DNA of 64,000 nt from Kudoa neothunni (Eukaryota; Animalia; Cnidaria): the NCBI GenBank assembly GCA_964304625.1, contig OZ199839.1:4854837-4918836 (forward strand), read 5' to 3'. Shown piece by piece: positions 27,197 through 38,934 of this stretch. The notes beneath the pieces are model-generated. The model searched no databases. It worked only from the letters and a program-made list of their open reading frames with translations, and was not told where the DNA came from. A program made the position numbers and the translations under genes. Every line of letters starts with the position of its first letter. Position 1 is the first letter of the stretch.

Positions 27197-29347
27197 CAGT
27201 CGATGGCGGGTGGTTCGTAATTTGAAAAAAGTACGTAAAAATTGGCGATTAGAAAAGAATTGAACGATAGAATCTCGATTTAAAATATACATCGGAATAT
27301 ACTCATCAATTTAAAATAATATTAATTTTTGTGATTTTACGTTATTTTTGTAAACTGACGTGTGATTCTTAACTTTTCGGATGAGCCCATTCCTAAATTT
27401 TTTTGTATGAGCTTGAAAATGAAGAAGAAAATACAACAAAAAATTAGAATTATTGCCGAAAAATACAGAATAATCAAGTATTTTGAAAGTCAGCCCAGAA
27501 CAGGGGCAAAATCAGGGACTATTAAACATTTTAATATATCGTCTATATCTAAACTTGATTTTATATTAAGTAACAAGGATGATATAATTAGCGCATTTGA
27601 GAGTGGCCTGGTTTCAAATAGTAGGCGTTGCTCAAAACAAGGAAAAAATCCGGACATAAATCAAAGAGTCTACGATTGAATTCTCTATGATCGGTCAAAA
27701 AATACTGAACTTTCTTCCATAGAAATAAAAATCGCTAGAAATAGCATAGGTAAAGGAGAAAACATAGAGGTCGAGACAACTTCTGGGTGGTTTCGCGGCT
27801 TCCAACAAAGTTTCAATTTGAAGCATGTTAAGTTCTATGACGAGGCTGGTAGTGTTGAAAGCAACGTTGTAGATAATTGGCTCCCAAAATTAGAAAATAT
27901 TCTATAAAATGTTAATGAAAAAAATGTATTCAACATTGATGAAACTGCCTTATTCTTCCAGCAGCAACGAGGTAAATAACTGGCTAAAATATATATTTTC
28001 ATAGTAAAATGATAGGAAACAGCTATGTCATTCTGAACTAAAGTGTTGTATCTTCGAGTGCACGCGGCAAAAAGAAATCAAATGAAGATAACTCAAAAAA
28101 AGAGAGAATAGCAATGTTAGTAAACACGACGTTATATGTGGTAAGGGGTGACGAAAACCGGTTCCATGCAGGGGCCAAAATAACGCATTTGTGACGCGGA
28201 CCCTACACTCGATTGCCGAACATGTGTACATTCACTTCTGGGTATTCCTATGTGAATTTTACCCAGGTTCAAGGTGTACCGTTTTGTGGTTAACCGCATT
28301 GCTCACTTATTGGCAATCGGAGTAGGTCCGCCTGATGATTCTGGTTCCCTTGAAATCGTTAACGGTTTCTTTGACAGAAACCGTACGGTTGGTCACGATA
28401 CCCAACATAAAGAATTGTGAATGGGACGAAACGTTCAAAAAAACGCATCACAATACTCCTGGGTGCTTCCATGACAAGTGAAAAACTGCCACCACTCGTG
28501 ATTCGTCTGCATGGAAAGCCCCCATGCTTTAAAGGAGTGAATAACTTACCATTAACATACAAACACAACAGACGAGCTTGGATGAATAATTCAATATTTT
28601 GCAATTATATATCAGATTAGAATATTCTAATATCAAAGTAATTTTTCTCCCCCAAAACACTACTAGCGTTCTACAGCCCATGGATCAAGGCATAATATAT
28701 TCGTTCAAATGTCACTACAAAGCATTAATGATAAAACGTTACATTACTTCTGTCGAGGTACAGATGGAACCTGTACCTCCTAATATTTTTGATGCCCTTT
28801 TTTGATCAAAAATGCTTGGGATTCGGTGACAAAAACAACAATTGTTAATTGCTTTACTAAGGCGGGATTTAACCGCTAAAATATTTCTATTTCTCCTGAA
28901 AATTTAGATCACAACGGCGATGAAAACTTAGACACCAAATTTGCGGATGAAATAAATGAAATGATTAATGATAAAAAGATAGTAAACGTTGTGGATATTG
29001 ACGAATTAGAAAATGAAGAAACAACAATAATAAATTCTAAAACTGCTCGGTATTATTTAGGGGAATTTAAGAAATACCTTATGGAGCATGGTACAAATAA
29101 ATAAAAATATATTACAAATATCGAAGATGAGATACATTCAATTATTATAAAAACCATTAAAAATACCAAAATTACAGAATATTTTCGACAAAATTAATTT
29201 TACTGCTTATTAGCCCATTTTATTCTGTGTATTTTTAAATAACAAAGCGCGCACACCTACCAAAAGTTACGAACCACACGTACAATACTTGTGGTTCGTA
29301 ACTTTTTTGAGGTCCCAATGGGATTATGAACGGCCCCACATCGACTG
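27197..29347 (+). mobile_element. pogo/Tigger transposon, decayed, with an intron and a solo LTR insertion
   Basis: Ends CAGTCGATGGCGGGTGGTTCGTAAT and ATTATGAACGGCCCCACATCGACTG; HTH ORF 27362-27679, NIDETALF, KKRITILLG, QPMDQGII. Confidence 0.9.
28044..28407. mobile_element. Solo LTR, 364 bp
   Basis: TGTTG...CAACA ends with a perfect 5-bp target duplication TAAAG (28039-28043, 28408-28412). Removing it rejoins Tigger coding sequence (SYVILN*RIVNG). Confidence 0.88.
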
Positions 29348-29354
29348 CATAATA

Positions 29355-29510
29355 CAGGGGTTCCCAACTGGGGGGTGCGAGATCCGATTAAAATTGAAAA
29401 TAATTTTTGATAAATTTTAAGTCAGTTACGCCTTGTCGTATGCAAAGGGGCGCGAATTTCGTTTTGTCAAAAAATGGGGGTGCGAGTCCAATTTTAGTTG
29501 GGATGCGCTG
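29355..29510. mobile_element. hAT (Charlie-like) MITE
   Basis: CAGGGGTTCCCAACT ... AGTTGGGATGCGCTG ends; internal GGGGTGCGA repeats; degraded 8-bp target duplication. Confidence 0.7.
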
Positions 29511-30819
29511 GTATAGTGGATAAAAAATTTGAATATTTCGATTTATTCCGAATTTTGCCGGAACATTCCCATATTGTGTAATTTGGCCGATATTCTTTCA
29601 TAATATGCCATTATATCCACTCTATCTTTCAAAGAACGAAGCTGCTTGGTTCTCTTCAAGTGCCTACGAGTCGTAAATTTGAGTAATTCTTATTTACAGC
29701 GAATTTAACAAAAACTAAGGTTTTAATAATTTATTATAATTTGTATGCTTTCATTCGATTTATTTTAATTAGTGACGGCATTGTGTGAGTCATTAAGTCA
29801 TGACAGGTGCCCACGAGTGATAGTGCGCGCGAGCCGTCACCAACTGTATGTAAGTATGAAATTTAAATTTTTATGTAAAAATTCAGCTTATTGAATCTTT
29901 GGTTCAAAAATATAACATTTTATGCAAGGATATAACGTTCCATAACTTTAACTGTAAAAATCTTGATGCTATCTTATTCTAAATAAGATTTTCATATATA
30001 TTCTTCAACGAAACTTAATTTCTAGATATATTTATCATCGGAATGTTATTCATAATGTTAAAATTAATTGTATACCAACTTAAAATAAATTCATTAAACA
30101 TACGATGCTAATCTGCCAGACAGATAGACATCGTCAAGCCTTATGATGAGTCTCCGTATTTTATGTGTTCTCGCTCAAAGTTATGGTTATTTTTTTTATG
30201 CCCTAATTACCCCTTCCTTACGTTGAAACTATTAGTACGTTAAATAATTGATAATAGGACCTGACAACAAAAGCTTAGAGTATAAACCGATGATCTGTGA
30301 ATTTAACAACGAAGATTACTGAATATTTTGTTACATGCTATATCTATTCACATACGTTTTCTTCGAGTAGCTGTATAAACAAAAATAGAAGGTATTATAC
30401 GTTATATCTTGACGTAGTTATCAGAACCACCAAAGAACATATCATAATTCGATAAACATTCGATTCTTTAATTATGTGTTTTCTCTTTGATGTCAACGAT
30501 AAAATTAATTTTATAAGTATTGTTTTTTAAAAATTTGTCGTTATAAAATAAAATTTGATTTTTGGATCAAAAAGACAATTTCATCTTTGATCCTATTTTA
30601 AGCTAGCAAAAGTTTTGAAACAAAACAACCTAAAATCATGCAAGCATTTATTTTTTGTTAATGTGACAATTTTGTAGTTTTTTCCTTATATGACAATTAA
30701 ACAATAACTTTAAATACATTGAAAACTAAATTTTTAATAATCAGCACGTAATCCATAAACAGAAGGTTCTGCATACGCACATTGACGATTATTTAATTAA
30801 GTGGTGACTATATTCTTAG

Positions 30820-31466
30820 ATGAATTCACAGGAAAGTAAATACCCAGAAAACCTCCCAATTCAAATATGTGGAACAGTTGTAAAGGGTTTCGGAAGAGGT
30901 TCTGCAGAAATTGGTTTTCGAACTGGTAAGTTTCTGGCTCTTTATTCGTTATAACTACTTTTGAAATGTCTTTTCTCGTCGTTACTAATGAATCACTCAC
31001 TTATAGCAAATTACGATATTGAAACAGTTAAAAGCTATGGCCACTTATTGAAACCAGGAGTCTATGCCGGATATTGTAGTGTTTCTTCGTATGAAGGAGT
31101 ATTTAAGTGTGCTGTCAATGTGGGATGGTGTCCATTCTACAACAATGAATACATTTCCATAGTAATTTCATTAGCTTATTAATTTGACAATAATTAGCAG
31201 CATTTTCAATTCGATAGGAGTCTCATATTTTTAATTTGTTCGATCCGTTGTTATTTTATGATGAAACAATGAAGTTGGTCCTTCTACAATATATACGACC
31301 AGAAATGAATTTTAATTCATTGGGTAATTGTTTAAACTATGAATTTTTCAAAATTTGTTTAGATGATCTAATTTCCGCCATTCGAAAGGACATTGACGAT
31401 TGTGACAAAATTTTAGAACAGAATTATTCGTCTTACAAGACTTGTATTTTCCTCAATGAAAAATAA
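30820..31466 (+). CDS. RFK: Riboflavin kinase, 4 exons
   Basis: GTVVKGFGRGSAEIGFRTAN, GVYAG, NVGWCPFY, ESHI, YIRPEMNF, LISAIRKDI; short GT-AG introns. Confidence 0.93.
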
Positions 31467-33093
31467 CTTGTCAAATTTCAATATTTATATAATAGGAAAA
31501 TTTTTGTCATTTATGTGGTTTTAATGCAAAACAATTAATAGATTTTTGTTTATAGCGACAAAATTGAATAAAAATCTAAAACTTAGTTTATTCAATTCCT
31601 AATAAAACATCTATACTTTTATCGTATATAAAACTAAAATCCGAGAGATTAATGCTTAAATGATTATTATGCATGTAAAGTTTTCAATTCGATGTGATAA
31701 CAAGAGACTGGTTCTAAAGCGAGGTCTTTTAGTAAAAAAATGTTATATCACTCGAAATTGATTCTTAAGATTATTATTGTTAAATATACATAATCATCTT
31801 TATTTTATTTAAAAAATAATTGCGTTATGTGAATTTGTGAGACGAATTACATCCTAAAAATTAAGGAACTTTTTAATATTATTGAGAGGTCCACGTTGTA
31901 TTCTAAATCAGGCTATTGTATTAAAACTATGATGGCATTAACATCTCTCAGAGAAAATTTTTATCAGACGTCCCATTCATTATTTTTCTGTTAATCGGAT
32001 GATCTAAAAATAAAAATTCCGGGACATTTTAATGACGAATCAGCGCATTTTATCAGACGATTTGATGGAAAAATGCATGGTCATTAGGTCGTGACTCTGC
32101 GTATCAAGAGTTCATTATTATTCCAAGTAGCGCAGTTAATTTAACACTCTGAGTCTCTATTTTGTTCTAGAAGTGGTGGTTAAGGAGTATATTAATTGTA
32201 AATATGATGCGTCGGTAGTTATAGATCGGTTTAACGGGGAGGGTCGGATTTACGTTCAATCTTGGGGAACTTATTAGGTAATAAAAATATTGTATGTTCA
32301 TAGATCTACCACTCTTGAAGTTCATAGAGGTATATTTTAGTAAGAATGATGGATATTTCGAGACAAGAATTTTTTCTGGGATAAATTCTTACAATACCAT
32401 GAAGGATATTACGAGGGGTTGAGTGTGCCCCGCTGTAATGCCTCCGCGTTCCCATGGGGTGGACTAACTAGCTAGATCTTCACAGCTTAACATTCCAATC
32501 GAAGATTTTAGTCTGTAAACACGAAAATCTCATCTCAGTGAATATTTTGGCATTTTTTAACGTTGGAAAATTGCATATTTTTCCGGTTTTGTATAAGAAT
32601 TCTGACGATAAATAGCCAAGGGATGTAAATTTTTTAAACCAAAGCAATTTTGAGTATCTGAATCTATACGAGCCGATGAAATTGAGCGATAGGTTCACAT
32701 GTAAACAACTATTAGCCAGGAAAAATTATATTGTGAAAAAAAAATTTGATTCTATGAAGTTAGGTTAGCGCCATTTTAAAAATGCACTTGAAGGCAAGGC
32801 GAAATTTCGCTGCTATTATGCATGCGCGCTAGCAACAAAAATAACAGAGATATTTTCAAAGTTTATTTTGTATTTATTTTGAATACAAAATAATATGATA
32901 TTTTTTGTCTCCACGTTAAAACGTTGATTCAAAAGTGATAACTTTTTATACATTGTTCATAAGTGAAAGCAAGCATGGGTCATTCACTTCTTGTTGTATC
33001 AATTGTGACAGAATAACACGATCCCCGATATCGCCAAATGCTTGTTATGCAGAAACTTTTAAAAGAAAAAAAGACGAAACGACAACAAAATTT

Positions 33094-34146
33094 GGCTAAA
33101 TTACACCGACCGTGTATCCAATCGGCGATTTTCGGGAGGCCTCGATTCTTTCTAACACGATGCAGTCAAACAAAAAAATATTTACGTTAGAGAATATTGA
33201 TGAGATTACAAACTTGGATTATGGTTATTTTCGCGATGACCTTGAATATACAATAAAAAAATGCAAAATCTGGATCTTATGAAGAGTTATTTAAAATGTT
33301 TTTGTGGGGGTCAAATGTTTCTAGTTAAGAGAAAAGACGCTGATGATGGTTATCAATACAAATTTATTTCATGCAACAAAAAAACTTCGATACGAAAAGG
33401 AACTATTTTCGAAATTTCTCGACTTCCTTTGTGGAAAATTTTTATTTTTATAGTAACGGTAATCCAACATCCAACAATGACGTACGATGATATTCGTAAA
33501 CACACTAAAATTTCTTCAAACTCCACCATAAATGATTGGAAAAACGTCATTACGGATTTTGTGGCATCTAAACTAGATGAGGGATTTTCTAAAACAGGCG
33601 GGAAGGGTGTTGTAGTACAAATAGATGAGACCGCCCTATCAAAAAGGAAGTTCAATGTTGGAAGAATTCTTCGAAATCAACAGTATTGGATGGTGGGTGG
33701 AATAGACGAAGACGGAAATTTCTTTTTGAAAATAACACAAAAAAGAAATAGGGATATTCTAGAAAGAATAATTATTGAGAATGTAGAGGAAGAGTCAACT
33801 ATTTGGACTGATGGTTGGAAAGGTTACAACAGTTTGAAGGATCTAGGTTTTGTTCACGGTACCATGATCCATAAAAGAAGGTTTGTTTCCATTGAGGGGA
33901 TCCACACTAACAAAATAGAAGCTGGGGGGCTTTTAAAAGAAAATATAGAAACGCCACAAATAAAACCCCGGAAACACTTCCCAACTATGTTGTTGATTTC
34001 ACGTTTCGAAGAAAATATAGTGGAAAAGAATTATCGACTTTATTTAAATATATAATGGTTTTTAAGTAGTAAAAATTAATTTTCCCGACATTTTACGAGG
34101 TGTTTCATTTTTTCCCGATTGGATGCACGGTCACTGTAATTTAGCC
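33094..34146 (+). mobile_element. Merlin (IS1595/ISXO2-type) transposon, near full length
   Basis: TIRs GGCTAAATTACACCGACCGTGTATCCAATCGG and CCGATTGGATGCACGGTCACTGTAATTTAGCC; perfect 8-bp target duplication CAAAATTT; ORF motifs VQIDET, IWTDGWKGY, HTNKIE; two frameshifts. Confidence 0.95.
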
Positions 34147-35035
34147 CAAAATTTGATGAAATTTGGGCTCTAGCATTAAAAACGAGTGCAGATTCTTGAA
34201 GCACCGCTGCCATCATTCGGTGGAGTTTTAACAAGTTAAAAGGCTTGATTCTTTATTATTAAATTTATTCTAAATTTAGATACTTTTTATGAGAATAATA
34301 ATTAATTAAAATGGATGAAATTGTTCATATTCGACATCGCCAAACATATCGGCAACATTTATTTAAATTTAGAGGCTAATAAGAAATTATCATATGTATT
34401 CCTGCGGCGGAACCCTGGTTGAAAATTAGGGGTTAGGATCGGTTCGGTTTTGGCAAAACCGAAAGCCGATTTTAAAAATCTATTTTTAAATTAATATAAT
34501 TTAACTTCTATTATCAATTGATGCTGTATTTTAAACAAAGAATGACTAAAATAAGTAATCAATCATACGTTTACATATTTTTGGTAATAAATAAAATATG
34601 GAGGGCAAAAATTCAGTTGAAAATAATTCATCCGAACGTGGTCGAATATACGTGTAATCTCCAATTTTTTCAAAAAACATTGGATTTTTATGTTTCTTTC
34701 TTAGTTAATAACTCAAAAGTTATTTGTTTTTACTATTTAGATTTGTTAATATGGATATATAACGATTTTATATGAACTAACTTTAAAAATAAACTTATTG
34801 CAAAATTCATAAAAACATCTCATGTTTCACTATAATAAAAATACTTTTTGAATTTAGAAAATTGATCTTTATGTTTTACAATTTGTTTTAGTTTATGATT
34901 TTTTTTCTTAAATTTCTTACCAGAAATTGAGAATTTGTTCAATTTTTATTATTAAAATACAGAAACTCAATTTTTTAAAATGATAATAATGAGTTTTTTT
35001 ACCTTGCAGTATCTGTAGTATAATGGAAAAAAAAA

Positions 35036-35738
35036 TCTACTATATAAAGCAAACCGGTAATCCATGTGTGTGTCAGTGTGTACGCATTTTTCATTTTTGA
35101 TAGAGAGACATATCGCACTATTTGAGCACACATATGGAAAGATAAAATTTTATTTTAACACAGAAAAGTACGTAAAAATTGTAAAAGATTTTCATCTTGC
35201 AAAATGACTAAAAACATTTTCACGTGATATGAGAGATATGACTTCAGGATTTATGCAAACATATAGATTATTTCATTAACGTTATAAAAAGTTAATTTTA
35301 AATTTACCATAGTGTTTATTTTACTTTAAAATCATTGGAAAGTAATTCGGTAATTGAAATAGTTCAAATAAGGAAGGTAATAATAGGTTATGCATCCAAG
35401 CATTAATATGAAATTCATTTGTTGATGTTTAACAAGATTAGTCCTATTCATGTGGCATGATTTAGAGATTACAGCAAACAACAAGGAGAAAATCGATATT
35501 TTAGGAGCTCTAAATAGGAAATTCAAACGCTCAGTAGTGTTTATTCGTTTCTAAAAATATTAAATAAGGTTCATGCGCCCAATGAGTTAAATAAATCGTC
35601 AGCTAATTGGGTAATCTTTTTACTATTTATCTAAATACTCTGAATATACTTTGAACTTCAAATGACCTTGGCCTACTCAAGGCTTTAGTCTGCGTGGCCG
35701 GGAAAGAAAGCCCATGCGAAGCGGAGCTTTTGCGCTAT
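35036..35738 (+). mobile_element. Helitron-like non-autonomous element
   Basis: A|TCTACTATATAAAG start; 3' hairpin GCCCATGCGAAGCGGAGC followed by CTAT (degenerate CTAG); no target duplication; 3' part recurs at about 61860-61970. Confidence 0.65.
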
Positions 35739-36579
35739 ATACGCTATATTCTTATTGTTTTGTAAGTTTTTTTGTGTCAAAATTTGGTAAAAACAAAATG
35801 CGAAGGGTTATTATTTTTATTGGTACACATATAACGGAGTAAAACTAATAAATTTATAAAAATAACAATTCTTTGAACTTATAGTAACAATATTTTTACG
35901 TTCATCGAATGTTATACTAAACACATACGTAAGAATTCTTCTAATAAAGTAATAACTTCATATAATCAATTTTAAGTTATTTACCTATGGAAATTAAATG
36001 TTTATCTAAAATAAAATGTTGATTTATTATTAAAAAACCTATCAGTTCTAAGAAAATTGAGAAAATACATTTTGAGAGCACGTGGTTAAGTTCTTGTTTA
36101 AAACCATTCATATTTAAAAACCAATAAAAACATGTATAGATAAATTTAACATCGTAAAAATTTTCTTTTATACGATAAAAAATACGAAATGAAACCAATT
36201 TATGAATGATTTTCAAAACGAGTTAGAGAACAATTCAATGTTTGTTGAAAGAAGATGGAGGTTACACATGTATCCGATTGCATTTGGATGAAAAATTCTT
36301 ATAATTTTAAAGTCATTATTTTGAGCGGAATTTTTGCTCTCCATATTCTTTTAACTTATTATATAGAATCGCGAAAAAAGAAATGCGCAAAAACATGCGC
36401 AAGCGGACGTTTTTAGGTGCTGCATACTTTATTATTACGAAAATACGAAAAAATGTGATTGATTGAAAAATTATCTTAAACAAATAAACGCATTTTCAAA
36501 ATAATAAAGTGGCCAAAAAATTTGTGGATAGTGGCACGTGCCTTAACAGCGAATAAGTTCTTTGTTTATTATTGCGGTG

Positions 36580-37780
36580 ATGGTATCTGCTATTTGGAGT
36601 TATTTTGTTAAGCTTGCTAATGAAAAAGCAAAATATAACAAATGTGATGCAATACTTATATGCAAAAAAGGTTCGACTAGTGCATTGCATGCACACGCTA
36701 AGTTACATGGGATTGATTCAAAAAATAAGTTGTTGCAATCGCTGATATTTTTTATTGAAATTTAGATGCATACAAATACAACCCGTTGTTGAAAGTTTTA
36801 CGATCAAAAGTCTTTGGGATTTTAACCTGGATAGTGATATTGCCAAATTAATCGAGATTGACAATATTCCTATTTCCAAAATTACAAAAAGTATCACCAT
36901 CAGACGCTTGTTGAAAAAGGTTGATAATAAAGAGATCCCAGTATCCTTTGATGACATTTTCGATTCTTGTGTAAAAGTAGAAGCATCTATGGTCAGGAAG
37001 ATAACAAAATTTCTCTCGGGGTTATTAGGGTCACCGAAAGATGTACAGGCGTAGAATTGGTGTCATTAATCAAAAAACCAACTATCGAAATTTAACGTTA
37101 CGTCCTTATTTATATGAACCGATGGAGGGTAAAACATGGCAAAATGCACTTTTGAGTTAGGTTTTCAGCAGATAAAATGCATGTATCATGGAATAAATTT
37201 AGGTAATTGAGTTATTAAGTGACAAACCTACATTTACGCATAGCTGCAAAAGACAATGTATGAAGAAGCTAATAGCCAGAGGCCAACAAAATATCGAAAC
37301 TATACCTGACGAGCTGGAGTTTGATGAGCAAGAATTTGTCCTTGTGCCAAGTTTCTTAGATATTCTATCTCGGGTGAGGTCAGTTGTTAGTTACTTTTCA
37401 TGATCTGGATTGGCCTCCGACACATTGAGAAAATCATGTGAACAAAAAAGCATTAAATACATATGTCGTGACTCAGGTCACGATTAAATAAACATTACGA
37501 GTAAACAAACTTATTTACATCTTTAACAATCGGCATTTGCCGATTGAGGTCGATAAAAATTTGAACCTTTGGTTTTTTTTTACGCACAAAAAAAAGGCTA
37601 AAAAATCGCTACAACATATCACTGAATATCGATTGTGTGACACGATGGTCAAGTTGTTACGATATGTTAGTTAAATTTGTGAAGATGTTCGAGGCCATTG
37701 AAGACGCTTACATGATTTTGGAAAAGGATTTACTGATCGATAAAGATGAAACTATTTTGGTCAATGTAATTATCTATAAA
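36580..37780 (+). pseudogene. hAT transposase remnant with BED zinc finger
   Basis: SAIWSYF...KCDAILICKKGSTSALHAHAKLHG (BED finger) and IDCVTRWSSCYDML; a possible hAT-like end near 34426. Confidence 0.78.
37464..37613. mobile_element. Very short solo LTR, 150 bp
   Basis: TGTCGTGA...TCGCTACA ends with 5-bp target duplication ACATA; removing it restores KYISLNIDCVTRW of the hAT remnant. Confidence 0.75.
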
Positions 37781-37929
37781 CATATTGTAAAAATGATTGA
37801 ATGTTAAGGAATTAACATCATGTCTGGAAATTGTGCATCGCGCCATTATCGAACTTTCAGAGTCACGAATAAATTTTGCACAATATGACTTCATACTAAT
37901 CGACACGGTTGAGGATCTCTCTCTTATAT

Positions 37930-38365
37930 TTTTTTGTTTACAAGGTAAAACCCCTGGCGCAACTTGTTAGGTTGTGGAATTCTGGTTGGTCAGACCTCTT
38001 CCATTAACGCTTTAGGCACCGCAGGTCGTAACATAAACCCCGCCCCTTATCTTTATGCGGTAGTGTGGGACTTTAACCCACTAAACATCCTCGTCTCCGG
38101 GCGACCACCACCCCAAACCCTATCCCCTTAAGGACGTGGACTCTGTGAGGACTGAAAATTACATGCCTTTCGATGGGTTCCGGAGATTCAAACTCCTATT
38201 CATGCTCATCCCACTCCACAGCGAGTGTACACTTTAACCACGTCTCCCAAATATGGGATAGAGACCCATCGACACGGAAACAGTAGTCTGACCACCGGCG
38301 GGTTCGAACCCATTACCTTAAGGTTCTGAGTCCAAATGTCACTCTGAAGTGCTATCTGTCCTCGG
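37930..38365 (-). mobile_element. tRNA-derived SINE
   Basis: Minus strand starts with a tRNA-like head (A-box-like segment, B box GGTTCGAACCC), has a GC-rich body and ends in an A-rich tail near 37930. Confidence 0.75.
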
Positions 38366-38366
38366 C

Positions 38367-38930
38367 TAAGGAAAATTGGTGGCGCTGGAATAATCGTCCA
38401 AATCGATGAAATCTTAATTTGCAAAAGAAAGTATAATGTTTGGCGAATACTTTCAAATCAGGATCAATGGGTTTGTGGAGGAATTGATGAAGAAGGTAAC
38501 ATCATTATGGAGTTAACCTTGAAAAGGGATCACAGCATTCTGACAGAATTTATTGTGAAAAATGTTTACCCAGGTTCCATAATTTGGTCAGACTCTTGGA
38601 AAGGGTATCGAAAATTGGATGAGTATGGCTATCTTCACAAGATGGTGAATCACAGTAAAGAATTTGTTTATTCTGAAGGATTGCATACGAATCGCATTGA
38701 ATTCACTTGGGAGCATGCAAAAGGAAGTTCAGTCATGTCTGTAGTAAATCGCCGAATCTTATTCTAAGTTATTTGGCGGAATATATATTCAAAATAAAAT
38801 TTCCCAAAAACATATTCGAGGAAACTAGTAACGTCATACAAACAATTTATAAATTTAATGATTAATATGATCCCTTCCTTACGCGTCGCGCTAGGACGAG
38901 AAATAATCCGGATTAATTTGATCTAAAGTC
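38367..38930 (+). pseudogene. Merlin transposase 3' remnant
   Basis: KIGGAGIIVQIDE, WVCGGIDEEG, IWSDSWKGY, HTNRIE. Confidence 0.85.
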
Positions 38931-38934
38931 GATA

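Larger units (their letters stand above)
24248..29520 (-). mobile_element. Helitron-like non-autonomous element, heavily interrupted (reconstructed)
   Basis: Minus-strand 3' end CCGAGCATCGCCGGG-TTTTCGCA-CTAG-T at 24248. 5' region at 27110-27195 resembles the 35036 element. Candidate A|TC start at 29520 beyond inserted elements. Confidence 0.5.

Noticed and set aside
28015-28027. GGAAACAGCTATG, matching the M13 reverse primer
   Set aside because: Only 13 nt and it reads as Tigger coding sequence (GNSYV); not vector.
28418-28430. GAATGGGAC, resembling the HDV ribozyme 3' end
   Set aside because: Lies in Tigger coding frame (VNGTKR); no upstream pseudoknot.
32410-32475. GC-rich patch resembling an HDV-like ribozyme
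   Set aside because: P1 and P3 helices could not be formed consistently.
38290-38362. tRNA gene
   Set aside because: No proper acceptor stem; it is a SINE head.
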